Source: Bacteroidales bacterium
Lineage (GTDB): Bacteria > Bacteroidota > Bacteroidia > Bacteroidales > 4484-276
DNA: 64,000 nt
Direction: 5' to 3'
NCBI GenBank assembly: GCA_035647615.1
Contig: DASRND010000003.1
Location: forward strand, 195,135-259,134
Part shown: positions 27,576 through 35,584 of the stretch, piece after piece
Layout: every line of letters begins with the position of its first letter
How positions within the stretch are numbered: position 1 is the first letter of the stretch
Position numbers and translations under genes: made by a program
The notes under the pieces: model-generated
What the model saw: the letters and a program-made list of their open reading frames with translations, nothing else
Told to the model about the DNA's origin: nothing
Databases searched by the model: none

Positions 27576-27680
27576 ATGAGCAAAGGACAAGACTCAAAGA
27601 AAGCAGTTAAAAAAGAGCCAGCTAAAACTCCAAAAGAAAAAAAGGAGGAAAAGAGATTGAAGAAAGCTGGTAAAGGCTAA
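27576..27680 (+). CDS. 34-aa lysine-rich small protein (hypothetical)
   Basis: ATG in an A-rich context gives MSKGQDSKKAVKKEPAKTPKEKKEEKRLKKAGKG. A 10-bp stem hairpin follows at 27710-27738. It is below the ORF-track cutoff. Confidence 0.35.
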   Translation: MSKGQDSKKAVKKEPAKTPKEKKEEKRLKKAGKG

Positions 27681-27770
27681 TTTCTTCCGGAAAACAAAGT
27701 ACAACAAAACCTAAGCGGTCGTTTTAGTACCGCTTAGGTAGAACGTTACGGACAATTTAAAAGATAGACA

Positions 27771-28670
27771 ATGAAACACAATAGTCTAAAAATTATGGCG
27801 CTAAGTGCTGTAGCGTTTTTGACCTGTTTTTCAGGTATTATCAGACATGATGTTGATGAAAAGGAGTACTTAAAATTAGCCGAAGAGACACAATTTGATT
27901 GTGTTGGCCGAATTTTTAAAGACACTTCGGCCAGTGGATCTTGTGTGTTAATTAGCAATCGCTTTGTTTTATCAGCCGCACACGTTTTTATTGACACCGA
28001 TACCCGACCTGACACAATGGAGATTAACGGACAGACTATTACTGTATTTACTCCTTACAACGAAAGGGTTACGGATGTAAATAAACTCACCCTGGTTTTC
28101 AATGGGCAAAAAGTTAAAGTTAAAAAATTAACATTACATCCTAATTATCTGGACAGTTTAACGAAAGGTTCGTGCGACATAGCACTAATTGAATTAGAGC
28201 AACCTTTAAAAGGTATTTCACCTGCAAAACTTAACGATGCCTTTGACGAGCTAAAATCAAATGTTGTAGGTGTTGGTTATGGTGCATCCGGACCAGCAGA
28301 CAGACCAGATTTAGTGGATTTATTACATAAAAAGATTGCTGGAGAAAATGTCATTGATAGCATCGGAGGTTCAGAGCTTTCAGGAAATGGAACCATACTT
28401 TTATGTGACTTCGATCACCCAACCCGGGATGACTGCAACAAAATGGGCAGTTCGGTCCCCAGACCTTTGGAGTATATTAGCACTGGAGGTGATAGTGGCG
28501 GGGGATTGTTTAGAAAAAACGGTAATGACTGGGAATTAATTGGAATTTGTGGTGGTGCTGGAGGAGGAATTGATCTTGCACAATTCATGAAAACATATTA
28601 TTACGGACAAATTATGGAATGGACGAGAGTAGCAGCGTTCACAGAATGGATTGATGAACAGACAAAATGA
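27771..28670 (+). CDS. secreted trypsin-like (S1 family) serine protease
   Basis: It has a signal peptide and the catalytic triad contexts LSAAHV (His), DIALIEL (Asp) and GGDSGGGLF (Ser). Confidence 0.8.
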   Translation: MKHNSLKIMALSAVAFLTCFSGIIRHDVDEKEYLKLAEETQFDCVGRIFKDTSASGSCVLISNRFVLSAAHVFIDTDTRPDTMEINGQTITVFTPYNERVTDVNKLTLVFNGQKVKVKKLTLHPNYLDSLTKGSCDIALIELEQPLKGISPAKLNDAFDELKSNVVGVGYGASGPADRPDLVDLLHKKIAGENVIDSIGGSELSGNGTILLCDFDHPTRDDCNKMGSSVPRPLEYISTGGDSGGGLFRKNGNDWELIGICGGAGGGIDLAQFMKTYYYGQIMEWTRVAAFTEWIDEQTK

Positions 28671-28728
28671 AATGTCTGTAACATTGCATTGGCATTATGG
28701 AACAATTCATAAACTAAATAAAACAAAA

Positions 28729-29424
28729 ATGAAAACACTAAAACTTTTGGTAATAGCAGGGATGATGTTACTTCTGGGGTTGAACCTTCAGGCCCAGAAA
28801 ATTAATTATGGGGTTCTTGCAGGATATGTTTATGCTACCCCACATGTTACCCAGTATGAAGATTATGGTACAAAATTGTTTTATCCAATGCATTCGTTTA
28901 ATGTAAACGGATTTGTTGAATACCGGCTTTCCGAAACCTGGGGCATAGCAGCAGAACCCGGGTACATTAGAAAAGGAGGTGTTTTTAAGGATAAGGAAGA
29001 TATTTCGAACTCTTCTGATCATCAACTTCGACTTCATTACATTCAGCTACCGATACTTGCGAATGTTTATTTCTCAGATAGGTTCTTTATTTCCTTCGGT
29101 CCTGAGTTTGCTTATTTAATTAACAAAGACGCCAGTTTTCCATCTCTGGAAGAACAACATTCTGCTTATTATAAATTTACTCCTCTTGAAGAAAGCGCTT
29201 TTGAAATTTCAGCATTGATTGGTGTAAACTATAGCATTACAAAGAATATTGATTTAGGGTTAAGGTATAATCATAGCATTACACGTTTTTCCGAGATAGG
29301 CTGGATTAATCCCAGATATGGAATCGATCTTGGAATCGTTTCGGAACGCTCAAACGCATACAATCAATACCTGCAATTTATAGTGAGGTACAGAATAAAA
29401 CCCGGTGCTAACAAGCGTTCATAA
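28729..29424 (+). CDS. outer-membrane beta-barrel protein (porin-family / PorT-like barrel)
   Basis: Start taken at MKTLKLLVIAGMMLLLGLNLQAQ. It shows alternating beta-strand periodicity, YIQLPILANVYF and a terminal aromatic-rich strand. Confidence 0.6.
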   Translation: MKTLKLLVIAGMMLLLGLNLQAQKINYGVLAGYVYATPHVTQYEDYGTKLFYPMHSFNVNGFVEYRLSETWGIAAEPGYIRKGGVFKDKEDISNSSDHQLRLHYIQLPILANVYFSDRFFISFGPEFAYLINKDASFPSLEEQHSAYYKFTPLEESAFEISALIGVNYSITKNIDLGLRYNHSITRFSEIGWINPRYGIDLGIVSERSNAYNQYLQFIVRYRIKPGANKRS

Positions 29425-29427
29425 AAC

Positions 29428-29688
29428 ATGGATAAGGATTTTTTAAAATCAAAGATTAAAACAAACGTCTATCACATAAAACCTGATAGCAACGTAGCTT
29501 TGCATAAACACCAGAAATTTGATGAAGTATTCTACTGTATGAAAGGTGAAGGTTTTGGTGTATTGGAAAATGAAGAACAAGAATTGACTGTTGGTAAGGC
29601 TTTCATTGTAAAAGAAAACACGATGCACGCCTTACGTTCTGATTCTGAAATGTGGGTGGCCTCTTTTTTAATTCCAGTTACGGATTAG
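29428..29688 (+). CDS. cupin-domain protein
   Basis: The 86-aa protein carries ALHKHQKFDEVFYCMKGEG..VGKAFIVKENTMHAL, matching the two cupin motifs. Confidence 0.6.
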   Translation: MDKDFLKSKIKTNVYHIKPDSNVALHKHQKFDEVFYCMKGEGFGVLENEEQELTVGKAFIVKENTMHALRSDSEMWVASFLIPVTD

Positions 29689-29710
29689 ATTTTAAAGAAT
29701 TGACGGGTAA

Positions 29711-29765
29711 CATAGCCCAAGCATTTGTTTATCGGCCTGGCTGGCGTTATTCACGGGGGTAACTT
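29711..29765. repeat. degenerate right half of the 82-bp palindromic element
   Basis: CATAGCCCAAGCATTTGTTTATCGGCCTGGCTGGCGTTATTCACGGGGGTAACT aligns to the right half of copies 1 and 2. Confidence 0.6.
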
Positions 29766-29779
29766 CCGAATACATCATC

Positions 29780-29861
29780 AGTCACCCCGTGAATGCTTCC
29801 TAAACTTAAAACATTAGCCGGGGCATTAGGTTGCTGGCCAGACGTTATTCACGGGGTGACT
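29780..29861. repeat. 82-bp palindromic element, copy 3
   Basis: It has the same perfect 15-nt termini, and the interior is closely similar to copy 2. Confidence 0.85.
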
Positions 29862-29938
29862 TCACTACTCACCGCTCATCTCTCCAACTGCTGGCTGAGG
29901 ACTGCCCCCTGCTGACTTTTCATTCCAAATATCTGTTG

Positions 29939-29946
29939 TAAATTTG
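29939..29946 (+). promoter_or_regulatory. -7 promoter box TAAATTTG upstream of speB
   Basis: It matches TAnnTTTG and lies 24 nt upstream of the ATG at 29970. Confidence 0.45.
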
Positions 29947-29969
29947 TCGCTCAAAAACATTAACATAAA

Positions 29970-30845
29970 ATGGAAACATCTGAAATTTTTGGTGGTCTCG
30001 AAGCGCAATATGCTGAGCTTGCCAGCGCTGTCGCGGTAGTGTTGCCTGTTCCTTACGACGAAACAAGCACCTGGGGCAAGGGCGCTGACAATGGTCCGGC
30101 TGCTATCATCGAAGCTTCAGCCAACATGGAGCTTTACGACATCGAGACCGATACCGAGATTTACAAAACAGGCATTTACACCGCCGAAGCTGTAACGGAG
30201 AAGTCGTCGCCGGAAGCGATGGTAAACGCTGTGGAAAAAGCTGCTGACAAATATCTAAAGCAAAATAAGTTTTTGGTGGGTCTTGGCGGCGAACACAGCG
30301 TCACCACCGGATTTGTGCGCGCCTACGCCCGCCACTTCGACAACCTGAGTGTGCTACAGCTCGACGCCCACACGGATCTGCGCCCCGAATATCAAGGATC
30401 GCCTTACAGCCACGCTTCGGTGATGTCGCGGGTACGCGAGATTTGTCCGTTTGTGCAAGTGGGAATCCGCAGCATGGACATTGTTGAAAAGCCATTTTTG
30501 GTGGATGAAAAACTCTTCCTGGCCGAAGATATTTACGACAACGACGATTGGATGGAGGACGCTGTGGATCAGCTTACCGAAAATGTGTTTATCACCATCG
30601 ACCTCGATGTGTTCGACCCTTCCATCATGCCCAGCACCGGCACGCCCGAACCGGGAGGATTGTATTGGTATCAGGTGATAAAATTCCTGCGCCGCGTGAT
30701 AGAAGAAAAAAATGTAGTGGGTTTTGATGTGGTGGAGCTGGCGCCCGTGGACGATAATAAAGCGCCCGACTTCCTCGCTGCCAAGCTGATTTACAAACTA
30801 CTAACTTACAAATTCCAAGACCAGGCCACCCGCGCAATAAAATAG
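29970..30845 (+). CDS. speB: agmatinase (ureohydrolase/arginase family)
   Basis: GGEHSVT, LDAHTDLR and ITIDLDVFDPSIMPSTGTPEPGG are the Mn-binding ureohydrolase motifs. Confidence 0.85.
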   Translation: METSEIFGGLEAQYAELASAVAVVLPVPYDETSTWGKGADNGPAAIIEASANMELYDIETDTEIYKTGIYTAEAVTEKSSPEAMVNAVEKAADKYLKQNKFLVGLGGEHSVTTGFVRAYARHFDNLSVLQLDAHTDLRPEYQGSPYSHASVMSRVREICPFVQVGIRSMDIVEKPFLVDEKLFLAEDIYDNDDWMEDAVDQLTENVFITIDLDVFDPSIMPSTGTPEPGGLYWYQVIKFLRRVIEEKNVVGFDVVELAPVDDNKAPDFLAAKLIYKLLTYKFQDQATRAIK

Positions 30846-30920
30846 TGAACCTTGCGCTACAGCGGCTGTTTTGACATTAACAGAATTTTATTTATTCCTA
30901 ATTATAAAGATTTAGAAATC

Positions 30921-31937
30921 ATGAACAAGAAGAGCTTACTCAAAGAAACCATCCGTCATATCGACATCAAATCCTTCGACAGCACGCCCATCATCGATGC
31001 GATGCGTGGCATGTCGTTCTCCTCGCGTGATACGGCTGCGGCTGCCGACATTTTGCAACGCATGATCAATGACGACGACTGCACCATCTGGCTCACACTT
31101 GCTGGCAGCACCAGTGCCGGCGGATGTATGCAGGTGTATGTGGATATGATCAAAAATAATATGATCGATGCCGTGGTGGCTACAGGCGCTTCCATCGTGG
31201 ATATGGATTTTTTCGAGGCGCTCGGTTACAAACATTATCGCGGAACTCCATTTGTGGATGATATGGAGCTGCGTTCGCAATACATCGACCGCATTTATGA
31301 TACTTTTATTGATGAAGAAGAGCTGCAGGCCTGCGACGACGCCACCCAAAAAATTGCCGACAGCCTCGAGCCGCGTCCATATTCGTCGCGTGAGTTCATT
31401 CGCGAAATGGGACGCTATCTTACCAAACATTCCGTAAAAAAAGATTCGCTGGTACAAGTGGCCTTTGAACACAATGTTCCCATTTTCTGTCCCGCTTTTT
31501 CTGACTGCAGCGCTGGTTTTGGTTTAGCAAAACATCAGTGGAAAAATCCCGACAAACACGTTTCCATTGATTCGGTAAAAGATTTTCTGGAGCTTACCAA
31601 AATAAAAATGGAAGCCGGTGGCTCGGGATTGTTTATGATTGGTGGCGGCGTGCCCAAAAACTTCGCTCAGGACACAGTAGTCTGCGCCGAAATATTAGGA
31701 AAAGAAGTTCCCATGCACAAATATGCTGTGCAGATTACCGTAGCCGACCCACGCGATGGCGCCTGCTCGAGCTCTACACTAAAAGAAGCCGCTTCTTGGG
31801 GCAAGGTAGATACCATGTACGAACAAATGGTCTACGCTGAAGCTACAACAGTGTTGCCGCTCATCATCAGCTATGCCTACCACAAAGGAGACTGGAAAAA
31901 ACGCAAACAAAGAGAGTGGACCAAGCTATTTGATTAG
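30921..31937 (+). CDS. deoxyhypusine synthase-like protein
   Basis: Start taken at MNKKSLLKE (ATG 30921). LTLAGSTSAGGCMQVY, VVATGASIVDMDFFEALG, MIGGGVPKNF and DGACSSSTLKEAASWGK resemble the DHS family. Confidence 0.75.
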   Translation: MNKKSLLKETIRHIDIKSFDSTPIIDAMRGMSFSSRDTAAAADILQRMINDDDCTIWLTLAGSTSAGGCMQVYVDMIKNNMIDAVVATGASIVDMDFFEALGYKHYRGTPFVDDMELRSQYIDRIYDTFIDEEELQACDDATQKIADSLEPRPYSSREFIREMGRYLTKHSVKKDSLVQVAFEHNVPIFCPAFSDCSAGFGLAKHQWKNPDKHVSIDSVKDFLELTKIKMEAGGSGLFMIGGGVPKNFAQDTVVCAEILGKEVPMHKYAVQITVADPRDGACSSSTLKEAASWGKVDTMYEQMVYAEATTVLPLIISYAYHKGDWKKRKQREWTKLFD

Positions 31938-31964
31938 AACCTCTTATTTTTGATTTAAAAAAAA

Positions 31965-31999
31965 GGGGCTTCCTGTAACGATCAGGAAGCCCCTTTTTT
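31965..31999 (+). terminator. rho-independent terminator after the DHS-like gene
   Basis: GGGGCTTCCTG..CAGGAAGCCCC is an 11-bp stem followed by TTTTTT. Confidence 0.75.
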
Positions 32000-32225
32000 A
32001 ACGCCTCATCCCTGCCCCTCTGCTGGACAGTAGGATTGTTTGCTAAGCGAAGCATGTTGTTTTGGGTTTCGGATTACGTCACGAAAGAGAGCTCCCTTCC
32101 CCGTGTCGGAGAAGGGTCGGGGATGGGGCAATGACGACGAAAATCTGAGTATGGAGTCGAAGAATATGTTGGGAACACTACACCTAAATAATTGCAACTA
32201 TTTGGTTTTTTTCTTTTTAACTCCC

Positions 32226-33338
32226 CTATTGCACCACCATCTTACGCATCTGGCGTCCTTTTGGGGAGGTGAGGATCAGATAATAAATTCCGGATTGGAT
32301 ATTCGATGGCTGCCATTCCAGACGATGGCTTCCAGGAGTATAACTTCCGTTAGCCGGATTGGCTACACACTGTCCAATGGAATTATAAATTTCGATGGTA
32401 ATATCATTTTTATCCAATAGCTCAAAAGTAATGGTAGTGCTTCCCGCAAATGGATTGGGAACATTTTGTCGCAATAAAATTCCTTCGATCACCAGCGGAT
32501 CGGCTATGGAGGAGGAGCCAAGCACAGGCGAGCCGGCATGCACCCATGCGGTGTATATCAGTTCGGCCAAAGCATGCGAAGCGCTTTTGAAAAGATGCGT
32601 GGTGAACTCATTGGAATATTCCCACAGCGCCTGCTTGTAGGCCTGTGAGCCGGTGTTGCCCGAAACGCTTTTGGCGTAGTCGTCGGCCATGAGTATCGAA
32701 TCGACATAGGGATAATTTTGATAAATGTATCCAAAGATGTATTCCGGCACATCGTCAACAAATTCGGCAGGTGAGCCTTCGTAATTAATCTGTGAGATGT
32801 AAGCGTTGATCATGGTGGATTCGTAGCGTGAATGGATACCGGTGTTGCCGGTAAACTGCCCGTTGTAGTTGCGGGTAATATGCATGGGCATGTGTCCGTC
32901 GGCTACGTAATGGCCAAGGTCGGCGGCAAAGAGCACGGCCTTTTCCCAATCGTAGCGCTCGAAGCAGCTTACCAGCGAATCGAAGGTGCGCAGGGTAGCC
33001 CACGGCAACACACCCTGGTTGTAAACGAAATAGGTGCCGTAAAGCATGATCACCGAGTCGAGCGTTTGCGGGATACGCCCGGTTTCGTTAAACAACTGAT
33101 AATTGTCGATGTCGATAAAATGGCGTGGGCTTTCGTTGGGATCGCTGCTCTTGCGTTTGTCGGCATCGCTGGCATGGGCTGCCAGTATAGCAGTCCACTG
33201 ATCGAAATCCGCCATGTGCTCATTATACGACAGCGACGCTCTCTGACTGATGTGGAAATGTCCGACATGACCCCAACCCGACAACAGAATGATAGCAACT
33301 GTCGCGAGAGGTAAAAGGAAAACTTTCTTGTTTTTCAT
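32226..33338 (-). CDS. S1/P1-nuclease / zinc phospholipase C-like enzyme with T9SS C-terminal sorting domain
   Basis: Signal peptide, then GWGHVGHFHISQRA, HFIDIDNY and DLGHYVADGHMPMHIT (His/Asp zinc-ligand-like blocks). The CTD reads VPNPFAGSTTITFEL..GIYYLILTS. Confidence 0.55.
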   Translation of the reverse strand: MKNKKVFLLPLATVAIILLSGWGHVGHFHISQRASLSYNEHMADFDQWTAILAAHASDADKRKSSDPNESPRHFIDIDNYQLFNETGRIPQTLDSVIMLYGTYFVYNQGVLPWATLRTFDSLVSCFERYDWEKAVLFAADLGHYVADGHMPMHITRNYNGQFTGNTGIHSRYESTMINAYISQINYEGSPAEFVDDVPEYIFGYIYQNYPYVDSILMADDYAKSVSGNTGSQAYKQALWEYSNEFTTHLFKSASHALAELIYTAWVHAGSPVLGSSSIADPLVIEGILLRQNVPNPFAGSTTITFELLDKNDITIEIYNSIGQCVANPANGSYTPGSHRLEWQPSNIQSGIYYLILTSPKGRQMRKMVVQ

Positions 33339-33535
33339 AAAAATGAAGTTTGTGGTTTTTTTGGCAAAGTTAATTTTTAATGAGGACGTTGGTTATGTTG
33401 CAAAATAGTTGGCTGATTTTGTAAAACAAAAATGAATTTATGAATGTGATACAAGAACCAAGAGCGCTCAAAGAATTTAAAACGGCGCAAAAGGACGTTT
33501 AGTGGAATGGATAAAAAGGCTGTGATTTTGAGAGA

Positions 33536-33567
33536 AAAATAAAAACCCGCAACGAGATGCTGCGGGT
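33536..33567 (-). terminator. rho-independent terminator downstream of tRNA-Cys
   Basis: On the minus strand, CCCGCA..TGCGGG forms the stem (33546-33566) and is followed by a T-run. Confidence 0.6.
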
Positions 33568-33581
33568 TGGTGTTTATTTCC

Positions 33582-33655
33582 TGGAGGTGTCGAGCGGATT
33601 CGAACCGCTGTAGGCGGTTTTGCAGACCGCTGCCTGACCGCTCGGCCACGACACC
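33582..33655 (-). tRNA. tRNA-Cys (anticodon GCA), CCA encoded
   Basis: The minus strand gives GGTGTCG TG GCC GAGCGGTCA GGC A GCGGT CTGCAAA ACCGC CTAC AGCGG TTCGAAT CCGCT CGACACC T CCA. This is a 74-nt cloverleaf that I folded by hand. Confidence 0.9.
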
Positions 33656-33832
33656 TGATTTTAAATTTGAACCGGGATTGCAAAAATAACACATTTTGGT
33701 AAACAGAAGCGAAAATTATGATTAGAACCTAACTTTGTTCCTAAATAGCCTCTGCGTCTCCCCGCCCCAGCGGTTTCTACTTTTTTGTCGCTGCAGATGA
33801 ATTTTATTAATTTCACCGCCCAAAATCAGAGT

Positions 33833-34447
33833 ATGACAAAAAAGGAAGGATTTATAAAAAGAAACAAGCGCACCATCAGCGATTTCATCCGCCTGCACAG
33901 GCTCGACGCGCTTACCGACGTGGCTTTATTTGTCATCATCACTTTGGTGATCCATTTCAGCTTTCGCTTTTGGGCCAACCAATTGCATTTTTATCCCATC
34001 AAAGAACTTTATTTAAGCATTGGCACCTGGCTGTCGGATCAGGTTTATGTACAAAGCATCTGGTTTGTAGAACATGTTTTAAAGATTCCGTTTACGGCAG
34101 TGGATCAAACGCGCACGATGTATTTCACCAACAGCGGCTACATAGCTGTCAATTCGAGCTGCTCCGGTTTTAAGCCGATGCTGCAGTTTGTGCTGCTGAT
34201 GATGATTTATCCGGGGCCTTGGCGCCACAAACTTTGGTTTATCCCAATGGGACTTTTCATTGTTCATCTCACCAATTTGTTTCGCATCACCGGGCTTTCG
34301 GTAGTGATCGTGAATTGGCCCAACTACTGGGATTTTAGCCACGACTATTTGTTCAGGCCGTTTTTTTATGTGGTAATTTTCTCGCTCTGGGTATGGTGGG
34401 TGGAGCGATTCAGGCCCATGACCAAAAAAACAAAGGCAACATCTTAG
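33833..34447 (+). CDS. exosortase/archaeosortase-family intramembrane protein (orphan)
   Basis: It is polytopic with NSSCSGFKPML (Cys), HLTNLFRITG (Arg) and FSHDYLF (His) in the order of the exosortase catalytic triad. The start is uncertain among TTG 33785, ATG 33797 and ATG 33833. Confidence 0.5.
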   Translation: MTKKEGFIKRNKRTISDFIRLHRLDALTDVALFVIITLVIHFSFRFWANQLHFYPIKELYLSIGTWLSDQVYVQSIWFVEHVLKIPFTAVDQTRTMYFTNSGYIAVNSSCSGFKPMLQFVLLMMIYPGPWRHKLWFIPMGLFIVHLTNLFRITGLSVVIVNWPNYWDFSHDYLFRPFFYVVIFSLWVWWVERFRPMTKKTKATS

Positions 34448-34485
34448 TGCTGCCTTTGCTGGTTGATTATCTCTAAAAAATTTCT

Positions 34486-35394
34486 CTATCGTAACTCAAA
34501 AGAGCTTTCGCCAACGATTTCCCCATCCATATAAATGGAAACAAGATAGCGGCCTACCATAGCGTTCTCATCCGAATTTTTCTTATCCCAGTAGACGCAA
34601 AGATCCATCGACTCGCCTTCGTATTTCACATCCCGTTTGATGGAATATTGGAGTTTGGTGTTGTTGGCCATAAAAGTGTATTCATCGCCGGTGTCGTACA
34701 TAAGAATAATGCCATCGGGGCGGGCAATGCGGAAATAGATGGATTTGATGCCAGATTTCACGAGTGTATTTTCGCCCAGGGTAAAGCAAATCTGAACGCG
34801 GTCGGTGCGTTTGGCTTTGTCGGTTTCAGTCTGTCGTGAGCCGCGCTGGCGGATGCCGGTAGATTTGATGTTGTAGGCGCGCAGCACCGAAGCACTTTGC
34901 ACAATGTTTTCCAGTTCGACACGCTGTTCCTGCAGCGTCACATTTTTCACCTGTTCGCTCTTAAAGCTTTCGCGGATGCGCTGATTTTCCTGCTTCAGAT
35001 CATCGTTTACACGATAGAGTGAGTCCATTTGGTTTACGTAGCCTTTGGCCACATCGCGGAGCCTGTCGAGTTTTTTCTTTATCTGAAAATATTCCCATTT
35101 ATAATTCAGCAGATCCTTGATCTCCGAAGCATTGGCCTGTATCAGGCTGTCGCGCGAAGCCAGGGTATCCGACAAACGGCCATAGTTAGATTTCACATCG
35201 TTATGTTCTTGCAGAAGCGCATTGAGTTCGTTTTGCAGCTCAGTACGCATCATCTCTTTTTCTACGGTCATATCTTCCACCTTTGTGGCTGTGTTGATGT
35301 ACATGTAGCCCAGCAGCAATACCAGCAGCAGAAGTATGGCCAGAAGAATGATGTAGATAATCGGTTTCGATTTTTTTGGTGCCTGTTCAGTCAT
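34486..35394 (-). CDS. membrane-anchored coiled-coil protein, function unknown
   Basis: An N-terminal TM segment (IIYIILLAILLLLVLLLGY), about 150 aa of heptad-rich sequence, then a beta-rich C-terminal domain. Confidence 0.5.
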   Translation of the reverse strand: MTEQAPKKSKPIIYIILLAILLLLVLLLGYMYINTATKVEDMTVEKEMMRTELQNELNALLQEHNDVKSNYGRLSDTLASRDSLIQANASEIKDLLNYKWEYFQIKKKLDRLRDVAKGYVNQMDSLYRVNDDLKQENQRIRESFKSEQVKNVTLQEQRVELENIVQSASVLRAYNIKSTGIRQRGSRQTETDKAKRTDRVQICFTLGENTLVKSGIKSIYFRIARPDGIILMYDTGDEYTFMANNTKLQYSIKRDVKYEGESMDLCVYWDKKNSDENAMVGRYLVSIYMDGEIVGESSFELR

Positions 35395-35584
35395 TTCTCG
35401 TTATACTTTATTGTAGTTTGAAAAATCAAGTAGTTAAATAATATCCATTATCGGCGGCAAAATTAGCAAATTTCGTGTGGATTATTTTCGCAGCAGCTAT
35501 TAAAAATGCTTTCGCCGGACACTTATTGCATTAGCAATATTTTATAAATTTGGCGTAATAGACAAAAAGTAGGCAATAAGCTTC

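Noticed and set aside
27191-29861. The palindromic elements considered as integron attC sites flanking gene cassettes.
   Set aside because: I could not find convincing RYYYAAC / GTTRRRY core sites. There is no intI gene. The bracketed segment contains several genes with no element between them, whereas an integron carries one gene per attC.
33377-33694. Two minus-strand ORFs (105 aa and 71 aa) overlapping the tRNA-Cys region.
   Set aside because: They cover the tRNA gene and its terminator, and the tRNA cloverleaf explains the sequence.
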